The notes below the pieces were generated by a model that saw nothing but the letters and a program-made list of their open reading frames with translations, had not been told where the DNA came from and did no database searches. From contig JAHPZI010000021.1 in assembly GCA_019058295.1 (NCBI GenBank), forward strand, positions 128,001-192,000: a DNA stretch of 64,000 bases, given 5' to 3'. The translations under genes were made by a program, and so were the position numbers. Below, one piece after another: positions 51,503 to 62,000 of the stretch; the first letter of the stretch is position 1; every line of letters starts with the position of its first letter. Source of the DNA: Promethearchaeota archaeon (lineage in GTDB: Archaea > Asgardarchaeota > Lokiarchaeia > Sigyniarchaeales > SOKP01).

Positions 51503-52654
51503 ATGGAGTATAATCTAAGAGATTTTTTTCTTCCACCATTATTCATATCGTTGGGGCTTGGTTATCAAATTTTCATATATTTTTTATATCAATATTATAA
51601 GGCTAAAAAAGAGAAATTAGAATTTACTGAAATTTTACTAGCTTATGGATTAATATTTGGATTAACTCTAACAGGATTTTTCATTCGTATAATAAATCTT
51701 TATTATACAAGAGAAATTAATATTGAAATCTTTCATTTCTTAACGAAAATAACTTTTCTTATCCTTTATTCAGCTTTAATGTTGTTTTTCATTATAATAT
51801 CAACCAAATCCTTCCAAAAAATCATAAACTCAATTTTTACAAAAATTTTAGCAATTTTATTAATTATACCAATGATTACAGTCTTTTTATTTCAACCTGA
51901 AAACCTTTTATTTGGTCTCATTTCTGGAATAACTCTCGGGATATCATATTCATATATCTTTTATTTTCATACTAGACTGATTAAAATTTCTACAGGTGAT
52001 ATAAAAAAAAGATTAAACCTCATACTTTTAGGATTAACATTATGTGCGATACAACATTTTATTGGAGGATATTTCCCCAGTTATGTATTATTTAAAGGTT
52101 ATAGTGAGCACCTTCAATTAATTTCTGCTCCAATATTTGTTTGTGGATTAATTATTGTTTTTTTAGGCGTTTTTAGATTTCCCGCCTTTCTTGAATTTGG
52201 ATGGAAAGAATCTCTACTATATGTTTTTATTATAAATCAAAGTAATTTAAAAGTAATTTACACATTTGATTTCAAAGAAATCATAAATCAACGTGGAAAA
52301 CCAATAAATAAACTTTCGGATATCAATGAAATTAAGCAGTTTTTTTCAAGCGGGATTATTGGAATCAATAAGATTATATCAGGTATAACAAACTCAAAAT
52401 CTGAATTTATTGAATCAATTAGACAAAAAGATTTCATAATTCTTTTGAATCGTGGAGATGAGCCTCAATCTTATATAATTTATTGTATATTAGTTAGTAA
52501 AGATATGAACAGCCTTAGATATTTTTTAAAAACAATTAAAAAGGAATTTGAACAGATCTATAAAAATATACTCATTAATATGAATGATCTAGAAGGCAAA
52601 GAAGAAAAAATATTCTCAAATTTTGATGCGATTATGAAAAAATTAATTGAATAA
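51503..52654 (+). CDS. Seven-TM membrane protein with a C-terminal longin-like domain
   Basis: Seven hydrophobic helices, then WKESLLYVFII...FFSSGIIGINKIISGI...IESIRQKDFIILL...LKTIKKEFEQIY. Confidence 0.7.
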   Translation: MEYNLRDFFLPPLFISLGLGYQIFIYFLYQYYKAKKEKLEFTEILLAYGLIFGLTLTGFFIRIINLYYTREINIEIFHFLTKITFLILYSALMLFFIIISTKSFQKIINSIFTKILAILLIIPMITVFLFQPENLLFGLISGITLGISYSYIFYFHTRLIKISTGDIKKRLNLILLGLTLCAIQHFIGGYFPSYVLFKGYSEHLQLISAPIFVCGLIIVFLGVFRFPAFLEFGWKESLLYVFIINQSNLKVIYTFDFKEIINQRGKPINKLSDINEIKQFFSSGIIGINKIISGITNSKSEFIESIRQKDFIILLNRGDEPQSYIIYCILVSKDMNSLRYFLKTIKKEFEQIYKNILINMNDLEGKEEKIFSNFDAIMKKLIE

Positions 52655-52663
52655 GAAAAATTT

Positions 52664-53752
52664 ATGGGTATTAAATTGATTTTAAATGAATTCCCTATAA
52701 AAGGACCCTTAAAAGAACCATTATTAGTATTAGAATCATTAATAGTTTTTTCTTTTATAGAACTGGCAGTTATATTTTGGATGAGAATTAGAAAAAGTGA
52801 ATTAAAAAAATCACTGGAAAAAGGATATATCTGGTTATTTCTTGGTTATTCTCTTTTGAGGTTTTTTACAATAGTTGGGGATTATTATGTTGATGGTTTT
52901 CATTTTAGAACTTTATTTTTAAATGTAGGCTATTTAATTCAAATGGCATTTTTAATTAATTTTGTAAGAATTATGGAAAATTACAAAGTTTTTATTAGAA
53001 AATACTTATTTACTAAGATTTGTTTGGTTTTAATTTTTATTTATTTCATAGTTTTATTCATTGATAGTAATTATGTGATCTTTTTTTTAATTTCATTTTG
53101 GATATTTTTTTTAGTATTCTTTATAATTTATTTGAAGGATTTAGGATCAAAATTTAATAATAAAATAGATTTAAGAAGTTTTAAACTAAATTTGCTTAAA
53201 TTTTATATAGGAATGATTTTAATAGTTGTAGGATCTGCTACAACTATGGACTTTGTGATCGAGATTTTTGGATTTGGTATCCGCCTTATAGGAAATATCC
53301 TTCAACTAATTGGGGTAATTTTTATTTCATTTTTCTTTTTTTCTATTCCTTCTTATAGTGAATATGATTGGCAAGATAAAATTATTAGCGTTTTTATAAT
53401 GCATAAATCTGGTCTTTTTATCTATAAAAAGTCTTTTAGAGAAAAAGCCTCTCCAATTGATGAATCAGTCATTACAGGTGCATTGACAACTATAGAAATG
53501 ATGTTAGAAAAAGTAAGCCACATTGATAGTATTTCTATAATTAAAAAGAAAGAAAAAATTCTAATTTTTCAACCAGGGAGATTTATTTATGGGGTTTTAA
53601 TATGTGAGGAAGAGTTAGAATCCCTTAAAATTTTATTGAGTAAATTTATTAGTAAAATTGAAACAATTTATTCTAATGTTCTTGAGGATTGGGATAGAAA
53701 TTTAAATGTTTTTACGCCAATTGAAGGCATCGCGAAGGAAATTTTTTATTAA
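52664..53752 (+). CDS. Seven-TM membrane protein with a C-terminal longin-like domain
   Basis: Seven hydrophobic helices, then WQDKIISVFIMHKSGLFIYKKSF...VITGALTTIEMML...IIKKKEKILIF. Confidence 0.72.
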   Translation: MGIKLILNEFPIKGPLKEPLLVLESLIVFSFIELAVIFWMRIRKSELKKSLEKGYIWLFLGYSLLRFFTIVGDYYVDGFHFRTLFLNVGYLIQMAFLINFVRIMENYKVFIRKYLFTKICLVLIFIYFIVLFIDSNYVIFFLISFWIFFLVFFIIYLKDLGSKFNNKIDLRSFKLNLLKFYIGMILIVVGSATTMDFVIEIFGFGIRLIGNILQLIGVIFISFFFFSIPSYSEYDWQDKIISVFIMHKSGLFIYKKSFREKASPIDESVITGALTTIEMMLEKVSHIDSISIIKKKEKILIFQPGRFIYGVLICEEELESLKILLSKFISKIETIYSNVLEDWDRNLNVFTPIEGIAKEIFY

Positions 53753-53914
53753 TAGCAAAATTTTCAATCAGAAATATTATTTCAGTTATAAGAATTATGG
53801 ACTTTAAAATATGGTTAATAAAAACAAGTATTACTTATCAATAAATATTAAATTTTTAAATAAAAATCAATATTAGAAATATGAGTACAATTTAAGAGTT
53901 CTTGGAGGATAACT

Positions 53915-54454
53915 ATTTCATCGGATTATTCTTTTAAAATCTGTATATTTGGAGATACGGGAGTTGGGAAAACCTCTTTAATTTCTAGATATCTAGGTGA
54001 ACAGTTCGAAAAAGATATTGGAAAAGATATGGAAAGATCAATGGGAGTGGATATTAATCATAAAAATATAGTAGTAGATGATATAAAGGTTTCATTGCAG
54101 ATATGGGATTTAGTAGGTGAGGAACGATTTAGAACTATGTTACCTTTTTATTTACGTGGATCATCTGGTGGTATTTTCATGTATGACACTACTCGGGAGG
54201 AAAGTTTGAACAAGATAGATGAATTGCTTAATATATTTAAGGAAAGTAATGCTGGAATGCAGGTTCCAATTATAATGGTTGGAGGAAAATCAGATCTTCA
54301 GGAAATGAGAACTGTTTCTATTAAAAAAGCGGATAGTATCTCAAAATCCCATGATTTTTATGATTATATTGAATGCTCTTCTAAAACGGGGGAAAATGTT
54401 GAGTTCTTATTCAATACACTAACTAGACTAATTTTAAAGAAGATTGGTTTGTAA
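53915..54454 (+). CDS. Rab-like small GTPase
   Basis: FKICIFGDTGVGKTS (upstream of track start 54029), LQIWDLVGEERF, GGKSDL, ECSSKTGENV. ATT start at 53915 after a GGAGG SD. Confidence 0.9.
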   Translation: MSSDYSFKICIFGDTGVGKTSLISRYLGEQFEKDIGKDMERSMGVDINHKNIVVDDIKVSLQIWDLVGEERFRTMLPFYLRGSSGGIFMYDTTREESLNKIDELLNIFKESNAGMQVPIIMVGGKSDLQEMRTVSIKKADSISKSHDFYDYIECSSKTGENVEFLFNTLTRLILKKIGL

Positions 54455-54670
54455 AATTTAAAATTAGCAATAAATTTATCTAAGTTTGAATAATATTTTT
54501 GTCTTTTAGGTTAATTATTTTTAAAAATTGAACAATAATTTTATAAAAAAAAGTCTTCTTTTTTATGAAAAGCTTTTAAGAAAAATTAAAATTCAGTATT
54601 TAATTTACCAAGATAATAAAAATTTTATTATAATTCATAAAAAACAAATAAAATATAGGTATGAATAATT

Positions 54671-56155
54671 ATGTCGTATAAGGCACCCGATGAGAAAGAT
54701 TTAGAAGCAATGATTGGGATTGTGGGAAAGAATTATGCCACCAACAATAAAGCAATCACCGCTTCTTATCTGGCTAAATCGGTAATGGGTCTAGAAAGTC
54801 AAATCCCAGATATTGTAGTACGACCAAAATACACGGAAGAAATACGCAAAATATTAATCTATTGTACAGCAGAAAAAATCGCAGTAAGTCCTATTTCTGG
54901 AGGACTCTCTGGTGGGTTCGCGTGCCCAACAATTAAACCAGCAGGCGTTGTATTAGATTTAGGTAGAATGGATAGAATAATAGAAATCGATGAGGCGAAT
55001 CGATACGCAATCATTGAGCCTGGTGTCACTAATGGAGGTCTATGGGCTTATATGGAGAAATATCATCCTGATTGGGCTCCTCCTATAGCTGATGGTGCTC
55101 CTCCCGCTGCAACTGTAATGGGTGATGCTATTGATAGAGGATTCTCGCTTTATACATCAAGTGTAGGACCTCAAGGAGATAATTTTATGTGTGGAGAAGT
55201 CGTATTTCCTAACGGAGATGTTGTAAGAACAGGTTCTTGGGCGCTTCCTTTTGCAAAACCTTTCTACAAATTTGGTATCGGTCCAGACATGTGGTCGTTT
55301 TTAATGGGAAGCCAAGGATCTTTAGGTGTAGTAACTAAAGCTGCTGTTAAGATTTATCCTCACCCTAAGCATAAAACGGTTGTAGCATGGGGAATGTCTA
55401 ATCCATACGATATGCAAGATTTAACTCTCGAGGTAGGACACCAAGAATTCGGAATCAGCCATAACACCGTAATGGTCCAAGGTGGGAATTATCCACTCGT
55501 CATGGCACGCTGGCCAAAAGATAAAGTTCCACATGAATACGCTGCCTTCCAAAAGATGGGGATTCCAGAATGGTGGATGAATTGGGAATGCTGGGCTCAA
55601 ACTCAAGAGGAATTGGATTACGTTGTCAAACGGATAAATTCGATGGCAGAAGATTTCAAAAAGAATCGTGCTAAGGATGGGGCTGCTATGAAACCTTGGG
55701 AATTGCATCCTAAACAAATAGCCAGTAGGATGAAAAAGCCAAATAAAATCGCAGTACCTTATAGTTTTTGGGACGCAGGTTTCTTATTTATTACTTGGTA
55801 TACTCCTTGGAATGAATGTGCTGAATTTGCTGAGATGTATAATGCAGAAATGGAGAAACGCGATATTCCTCCAGTAATGTGGATTGCGAGCATTGAACGA
55901 TGTAGACAAGCAATTTGTATGCCAATTATTTGTTTCGATTCTACTAAAGATGAAGATTTTGAAAAAGTACAAGATCTAAACGCTGTGACAACTGAATATT
56001 CATTGAAGAGAGGATGGCTTAATTACAGGCCTGATCCATTTATCCACATTCAAGCGTATTACCAAGCAGGTATGTATTGGAAATATTTAAGAGCGTTTAA
56101 AAAGTTAGTAGATCCTAATATGATAATGCATCCAGGAAGACTTGCTCTTCCATAA
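54671..56155 (+). CDS. FAD-binding oxidoreductase (GlcD/VAO-PCMH family)
   Basis: PDIVVRP, LDLGRMDRIIEID, IEPGVT, GSQGSLGVVTK, DPNMIMHPG. Confidence 0.88.
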   Translation: MSYKAPDEKDLEAMIGIVGKNYATNNKAITASYLAKSVMGLESQIPDIVVRPKYTEEIRKILIYCTAEKIAVSPISGGLSGGFACPTIKPAGVVLDLGRMDRIIEIDEANRYAIIEPGVTNGGLWAYMEKYHPDWAPPIADGAPPAATVMGDAIDRGFSLYTSSVGPQGDNFMCGEVVFPNGDVVRTGSWALPFAKPFYKFGIGPDMWSFLMGSQGSLGVVTKAAVKIYPHPKHKTVVAWGMSNPYDMQDLTLEVGHQEFGISHNTVMVQGGNYPLVMARWPKDKVPHEYAAFQKMGIPEWWMNWECWAQTQEELDYVVKRINSMAEDFKKNRAKDGAAMKPWELHPKQIASRMKKPNKIAVPYSFWDAGFLFITWYTPWNECAEFAEMYNAEMEKRDIPPVMWIASIERCRQAICMPIICFDSTKDEDFEKVQDLNAVTTEYSLKRGWLNYRPDPFIHIQAYYQAGMYWKYLRAFKKLVDPNMIMHPGRLALP

Positions 56156-56173
56156 AAAAAGAGGTGAAAAAAA

Positions 56174-57562
56174 ATGGCTAAAACTGGAATGGATAGATTA
56201 AATGAATTAAAAAAAGAGATATTTAAATGTATACACTGTAAAGCATGCAGATTTGCTTATTCTGGAGAACCTAGTAGAAAAGGTATTGGTGAACATAAAG
56301 GTAAACAAGGTACTGTATTATATGAAGGGATGGTAGATTCCTGTCCTGCGGGTATAGAATATGGATGGGAAGCTTTTTGGAATGCAGGGAAAATCTGGAT
56401 TGCTCGCTCAATTTTATCTGGCGATTTAGAATTTTCTGAAGAAGTAAGAGATGTGATTTTACCATGTATCACATGCGGTCAATGTTCTGCGCAATGTGAA
56501 AATAAGATCCCTACAGTAGATATAATTGAATCCTTACGGGCTGCTTGTGTAGAATCAGGAGTTCCTTTAATAGAGAAGCACGCTTTAGTAGATAGACTAG
56601 TGAAAGAAAGAAACAATCCTTATGGTGGTCAAGCAGCTGAACGCTTTAAATGGGCTAAAGATGCGGGCCTAGGTAAGTTTGTTAATAATAAAGACGCAAA
56701 AATTGCATATTACGTCGGTTGTACCGCAAGTTATAGACAAGTAGAAGTCGCTATCGCAACAGCAAAACTATTTGAACAACTAGGGATGAATTTTACATTA
56801 GTAGAAGATGAGGTTTGCTGTGGAAGCCCATTCTTTAGAATTGGTGAAGTTAATACAGCTCAAGAATTAATGAAAAAGAACCTTGAAGCTTTTAAAAATG
56901 TCAAAAAAGTATATTTCTCTTGTGCAGGTTGTTATAGGACCTTTACAATTGATTATCCTAAATGGATGGCTGAAGGAGAAAAGCTTCCCTTCACAACGCA
57001 ACATGCCTTTGAGTTAGTTGCTAAATTAATTCAAGATGGGAAGATTAAATTCAAACCAAATGCTGATCTTAAGGGTAAAGTGGTAACTTATCATGATCCA
57101 TGCCACACAGGAAGACATTTCGCCGTAGATATGGAACAAGAAATGATTAAAGAATCTAAAAATCTTATGTTCGACAGCAGGAAAATTAAACAAAGAATCG
57201 ATGAATGGTTTGAAATCCCGAGAATTATTCTCAAACAACTTGAAAAAGATGTCGGAATCGTATTTAAAGAGATGTATCGTATTAAACTTAACTCAATGTG
57301 TTGTGGAGCCGGTGGAGGAGTACGGGCAGGATATCCCGATTTCTCAATAAGGACTGCAAGTCTAAGATGTGACGAAGCTAATGCGGTAGGTGCCGATATC
57401 TTAACAACCGAATGCCCCTTTTGCTGGAGAAATTTGACAGACGCAAATGAACTTTACAATCATGGTATGACGGTAATGGGCGTACTTCAAATGATAACTG
57501 AATATGATCTTTTAGATATTCAGCAAAAACCAACTGAAGCAGATTTATTAGGTAAGAAATAG
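56174..57562 (+). CDS. Fe-S oxidoreductase with CCG domains (GlcF/HdrD-like)
   Basis: CIHCKAC...CP, CITCGQC..C, YVGC, CCG, YHDPCH, CCGAGGG, CPFC. Confidence 0.9.
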   Translation: MAKTGMDRLNELKKEIFKCIHCKACRFAYSGEPSRKGIGEHKGKQGTVLYEGMVDSCPAGIEYGWEAFWNAGKIWIARSILSGDLEFSEEVRDVILPCITCGQCSAQCENKIPTVDIIESLRAACVESGVPLIEKHALVDRLVKERNNPYGGQAAERFKWAKDAGLGKFVNNKDAKIAYYVGCTASYRQVEVAIATAKLFEQLGMNFTLVEDEVCCGSPFFRIGEVNTAQELMKKNLEAFKNVKKVYFSCAGCYRTFTIDYPKWMAEGEKLPFTTQHAFELVAKLIQDGKIKFKPNADLKGKVVTYHDPCHTGRHFAVDMEQEMIKESKNLMFDSRKIKQRIDEWFEIPRIILKQLEKDVGIVFKEMYRIKLNSMCCGAGGGVRAGYPDFSIRTASLRCDEANAVGADILTTECPFCWRNLTDANELYNHGMTVMGVLQMITEYDLLDIQQKPTEADLLGKK

Positions 57563-57565
57563 TAT

Positions 57566-57615
57566 ACGAGCCTTTTGCTCGTTAAATTTTATTTTATTTT
57601 TTTTTATATCTTTTT
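57566..57615 (+). terminator. Hairpin plus T-tract terminator between convergent genes
   Basis: acgagc-ctttt-gctcgt stem-loop followed by a long T-rich run. Confidence 0.55.
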
Positions 57616-57632
57616 TTAGAAATTTAAAGGTC

Positions 57633-58817
57633 TTATTTTAAAAAGTCTTCAAGGAGATTGTAGACTGTTTCCAAAATTTTTAAATCCGGTAAAAATGTAA
57701 GCCTTATATGGTCTTTACCATAAGTGCCAAAACCAGATCCATAGACGCCACAGATTCCTGTTTTTCTAACTAGATCTATAACAAATTCCTTATCATTCTT
57801 CCATTGAGTGTATTCATTGAAATCTATTTTCGGAAATAAATAAAAAGCTCCTTCTGGTTTTATGCATGAGATGCCTTCGATTTGTCGTAGTCTCTTATAG
57901 GAATAATCACGTCTTTCTTTTAATTTCTTGACCATATCTTCAGTATGAGTGTCTGGTTTTTTTAATGCTTCTATAGCTGCGAATTGTGCTAGAGAATTTG
58001 CGCATAATCTTGCTCGTGCCATCTTTTCTAAGCCTTCTTTCAACTCATTAAGTTTTCCTTCAGGGTCGTGATAATAAAGATAACCAATTCTCCATCCAGT
58101 AGCAAGATGAGCTTTTGAAAAGCCATTCATTCCTATAATAGGAACATCTTTACTAAGGGATGCGGGACATGTATATTCTTTCTCATAGATAATCTGATCG
58201 TATATTTCATCTGATACAATTGGTAAGTCAAATTCTCCGGCAATATCTATTATTTCTTTTATCTTTTTACTGCTATAAACTACTCCAGTTGGATTATTTG
58301 GGGAGGCTAATAAGATAGCTTGGGTTTTATCCGTTATTTTCTTTCTTAAATCATCGATATTAGGGTCCCAATCGTTACTTTCGTCAAGTTCATATTCAAC
58401 GGGGATACCGTCAAAAAACTTAGCATAATTAATATAAACTGGATATGATGGTCCAGGAATTAATATTTCTTTATTTTTCTCAATTAAACCTGCAAAAACG
58501 AAAAATATCCCCTCAGTGACACCAGAAGTAATTAATACATCATCAGCTGTAATTGTTATATTGTTTTTATGATTTTCAAATTTGCTAATTTCTTCGCGAA
58601 GCGCGTATACGCCCAAAGAATCAACATAAAAATTTTGGCCCTTAAATGTTGCACTGGCTAAAGCTTGTGAAATATAATTAGGGGTCTTAAAATCGTATTT
58701 TACAGGATCCCCGATATTTAGGTGGTAAACTTTTCTGCCACTCTTTGCAACTTCATTAGCAACAACGGCAACATCCCTTATCGCATATTCTAAATCGGTA
58801 ATTCTCCTTGAAACCAT
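57633..58817 (-). CDS. PLP-dependent class I/II aminotransferase (AlaA/AspC-like)
   Basis: YAIRD, LNIGDP, PNNPTG, SDEIY, NGFSK...GWRIG, GAFY. Confidence 0.92.
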   Translation of the reverse strand: MVSRRITDLEYAIRDVAVVANEVAKSGRKVYHLNIGDPVKYDFKTPNYISQALASATFKGQNFYVDSLGVYALREEISKFENHKNNITITADDVLITSGVTEGIFFVFAGLIEKNKEILIPGPSYPVYINYAKFFDGIPVEYELDESNDWDPNIDDLRKKITDKTQAILLASPNNPTGVVYSSKKIKEIIDIAGEFDLPIVSDEIYDQIIYEKEYTCPASLSKDVPIIGMNGFSKAHLATGWRIGYLYYHDPEGKLNELKEGLEKMARARLCANSLAQFAAIEALKKPDTHTEDMVKKLKERRDYSYKRLRQIEGISCIKPEGAFYLFPKIDFNEYTQWKNDKEFVIDLVRKTGICGVYGSGFGTYGKDHIRLTFLPDLKILETVYNLLEDFLK

Positions 58818-59026
58818 TTAAATTCACTGGAGGAATATAAAAAATTATAACAATCTGAAATTATTACTTTATTTTAATAATTGTTATTTTGCAGTAAAGT
58901 AATTGGTATTAAAATAATGTTATTATTTACATAAGATTAAGTGGGGGAAACATAAAAATAAAAGACCGTATCATCATTAATATTTAGAAGAATTTTAATA
59001 AAATTTTTCCGAGGTTTTTTAGATAA

Positions 59027-62000
59027 GTGATAAAAGAGAGTTTTATTTTTAAGGAAGACTTGGTTGAAGGGAAATCATTATATCCTTATGTCACGATATT
59101 TAAGAAGGAACCGTTTAAATCCTTTTTTTCAGTGAAAAGGAGAGAGATTGGACGATTTTATATTAGTAATTATGATGAGGTCATAAAATATTATCAATTT
59201 TTTAAGAAAAAGATACTAAATGAAAGAATTTTTAACATCGAAAATGTTTACTATTTCCTCTTATTAAGAAAGTATTTGAAAGAGGATAAGAAAGAAAATA
59301 AGAAAGAATTATATGATTATATTAAAAAATGTATATTTACAAAAGGGAATGATAAATTAGGATTTAAATTTTCTCCCTATTCAGATCAAAAAGAACCGGA
59401 TATTTGGTCCACTTATTTTGCTTTAGCAAGCATGAAATTATTAGGAGTTTTGAAGGAATTTCTTGCTTCAAAGGGACAAAAACATGTCGCCCGAGAAATT
59501 AAAAACTTTGTCCTCCCTCACAATAAAGGTGATAGATTCTTACACTGTTTTGATGAAAATTGCGAAATTTGCAAAAAGACATCCTCTGCAAGAACACTAT
59601 ATTTCGCATTGGAGATTTTAAGGCTTTTAGGAATAGATACAAGATTAAGTAAAGACTCGTTTCGCTCCCATTTAACTGATAAAAAGCGAGATCCATCGTT
59701 GGTTTTCAAGTTGTTATGTTTTAAGCTTTTGGATCTTGATTCTAATGTTAATGATAAAGCTCTTCAATATCTTCATCAATTTCAAAAAGAAAATGGCGGT
59801 TTTAGTTTTAAAAAAATAGATGGAAGAATAAATACAACATTTTGGGTAGTTTATGCTCTCGATATATATTCTTGGTTAATAGATTATAATCCTATTGCAA
59901 TCTATTCTTTTATAAACTCTAAACTAAATGAAATATTAAGGGAGGATTCTCATCGAAACTTTATTAAAATGATGGAACTCTCCAAATTGATTATATTATT
60001 ATCAATAATTTGGAAAAAATTCATTTCCGAAATTGAAAGAGTTATATTCAAGAAACTAGAACAAGATAAATATATTGATTTTAATCAAATTCAAGCTCCC
60101 TTAGGCTTAACTCATGGAATTAATGAGGTTATTTCTTATATCAATCACAATTATACGTTTAATTTGAAATTACAAGATAATACTAAAGAATTTCTCAATT
60201 TTACTCGTAATCTTACTCAGGGCCAAAGGATGATAGTTGAAGATTTTTATGAGCAACTTAGCAACAATAGAGACGTTTCTCTTTCTAAAATCATGAAAAA
60301 ATATAAAGTTTCTAACGCTTTTGAACATCTAAAATTAAAGGAAGACATTTTTCCTTTAATAAATAAAATGATAGAGAAGAATTTTTTTAAAGGTAAAATT
60401 ACAAAAAAAGGCATCCGTAAAAAATATTACTTTCATCTCGACGTATTATTAAAAAAAATAATTATTTCTGACACTAATATAATTTTGGCTCAACTACTTA
60501 ATGAAAAAGAGAAATTGAAGGAAATTAAAAACAATATTTTTAACATGATTTTAAAATTGAAGAATGTATCCTCTCAAATAAAAGAAGAAATCGAATCTTA
60601 TTTAATTCTAAATGAAATTGATCTCGCTAAAGAAAGGTTAAAATACATTATAAGAGACGCTTTAATGGAAGCCGATTTCTTAAACGAAAATATTGAAAAT
60701 TCATTTAATGAAGATTTATATTATACTAATATTCAAACTGTTTTTAATTCAGAGATAACCCGCTGGAACGAATTATATTCCATTTTAAGTAAAGAACTGA
60801 AGGCCACAGAATTGTTTCTGTTGAAGAAAATTACAGAAAAGGAAGATATAAGAAAGTTTAATAATACAATTGAGAATTTAGAAAATAAAATTTTCATATT
60901 TAAAGAATCAATCAATAGAAATATAGATGAATTTAGAAATAATTTAAGAGAAGTCAGTGAAAAATATTCAGATACAGAATTATCTGTTGTTATTCAAGAT
61001 TTTGAAAAGATTAGAATGAATGTAAGCGAATTTGATAAAAAATTTTATGAAATTTCTCAAAAAATAATCACAGAAGAACCTGAGATTATACAAAATCGAA
61101 AGAAAATAATAAATCAGTGGATTGAAATAAAGAAGGAATTAGATGACATCTTTAACTATTATTCTAATGGCTTTACCTTCTTCAAAGAGAATGAGACAAA
61201 AATTAATGATCTGAAAAATACAATTATTCAAGATATTGAACTTATAAGTGAAAAAACCAAGCTTAAAACAAAAGAAAGTCAATTTAAAGAAGCATTTGAT
61301 TTTATTAAAAAGGAAGCAGATAATTTATTAAAAACTAAAACAAGTGAAATTAAAGAGCTCCAAAAGATCATTAATAAAGCAATAATACCTAAACAGAGAT
61401 TATATTTGTTATATAAAGAATTACATAATAGGCTAGAGGATTTAGAGGAAAATCTACTTACAGAAATAGGACAACATGTTAAATCCCTAAAAAATAAAGT
61501 TGTAGAAGAAAGAAATAGAACAAAAATAGAGGATTTTGATAATTTTGTTTCACAAGAGATCTTTAATTTCAAAGAGATCTTCAATAATTATAAAAAAAAC
61601 ATAGGTCAGTTAAGTGATAAAGGAGTTAAAGATATAATTAATGGATTTAATGATATTCAAAATAAGTTTAATGATGTAGATCGATTATATTTAAAAAAAT
61701 TAAAAAAATGTAATGAATTAATTGAAAATTTTAACGAAAAATCCAATTTGACCATTATTCAATGGGATAATTTTAAAAAATATTTTAATCACGAAATAGA
61801 TATCTTAAAAGAAGAATACATCAATGAGATTATTACACGAAAAATTAATTCTATCTCAAACGAGAGAAAAACGAATACAATAAAAGTTATCGAATTAAAA
61901 AAGGAACTTGGCTTAAAATGTAATGATCTAATGTCTAGGATAAAAGAGATGATTGAGATTTCTAAATTAAATGCAAAACTTTATGATGCCGAAAAATGTG

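Noticed and set aside
44465-54454. A true Rab geranylgeranyltransferase acting on the nearby GTPase
   Set aside because: The repeats lack the DxC zinc motif, the domain is predicted to be extracellular, and none of the three GTPases ends in a Cys prenylation motif.
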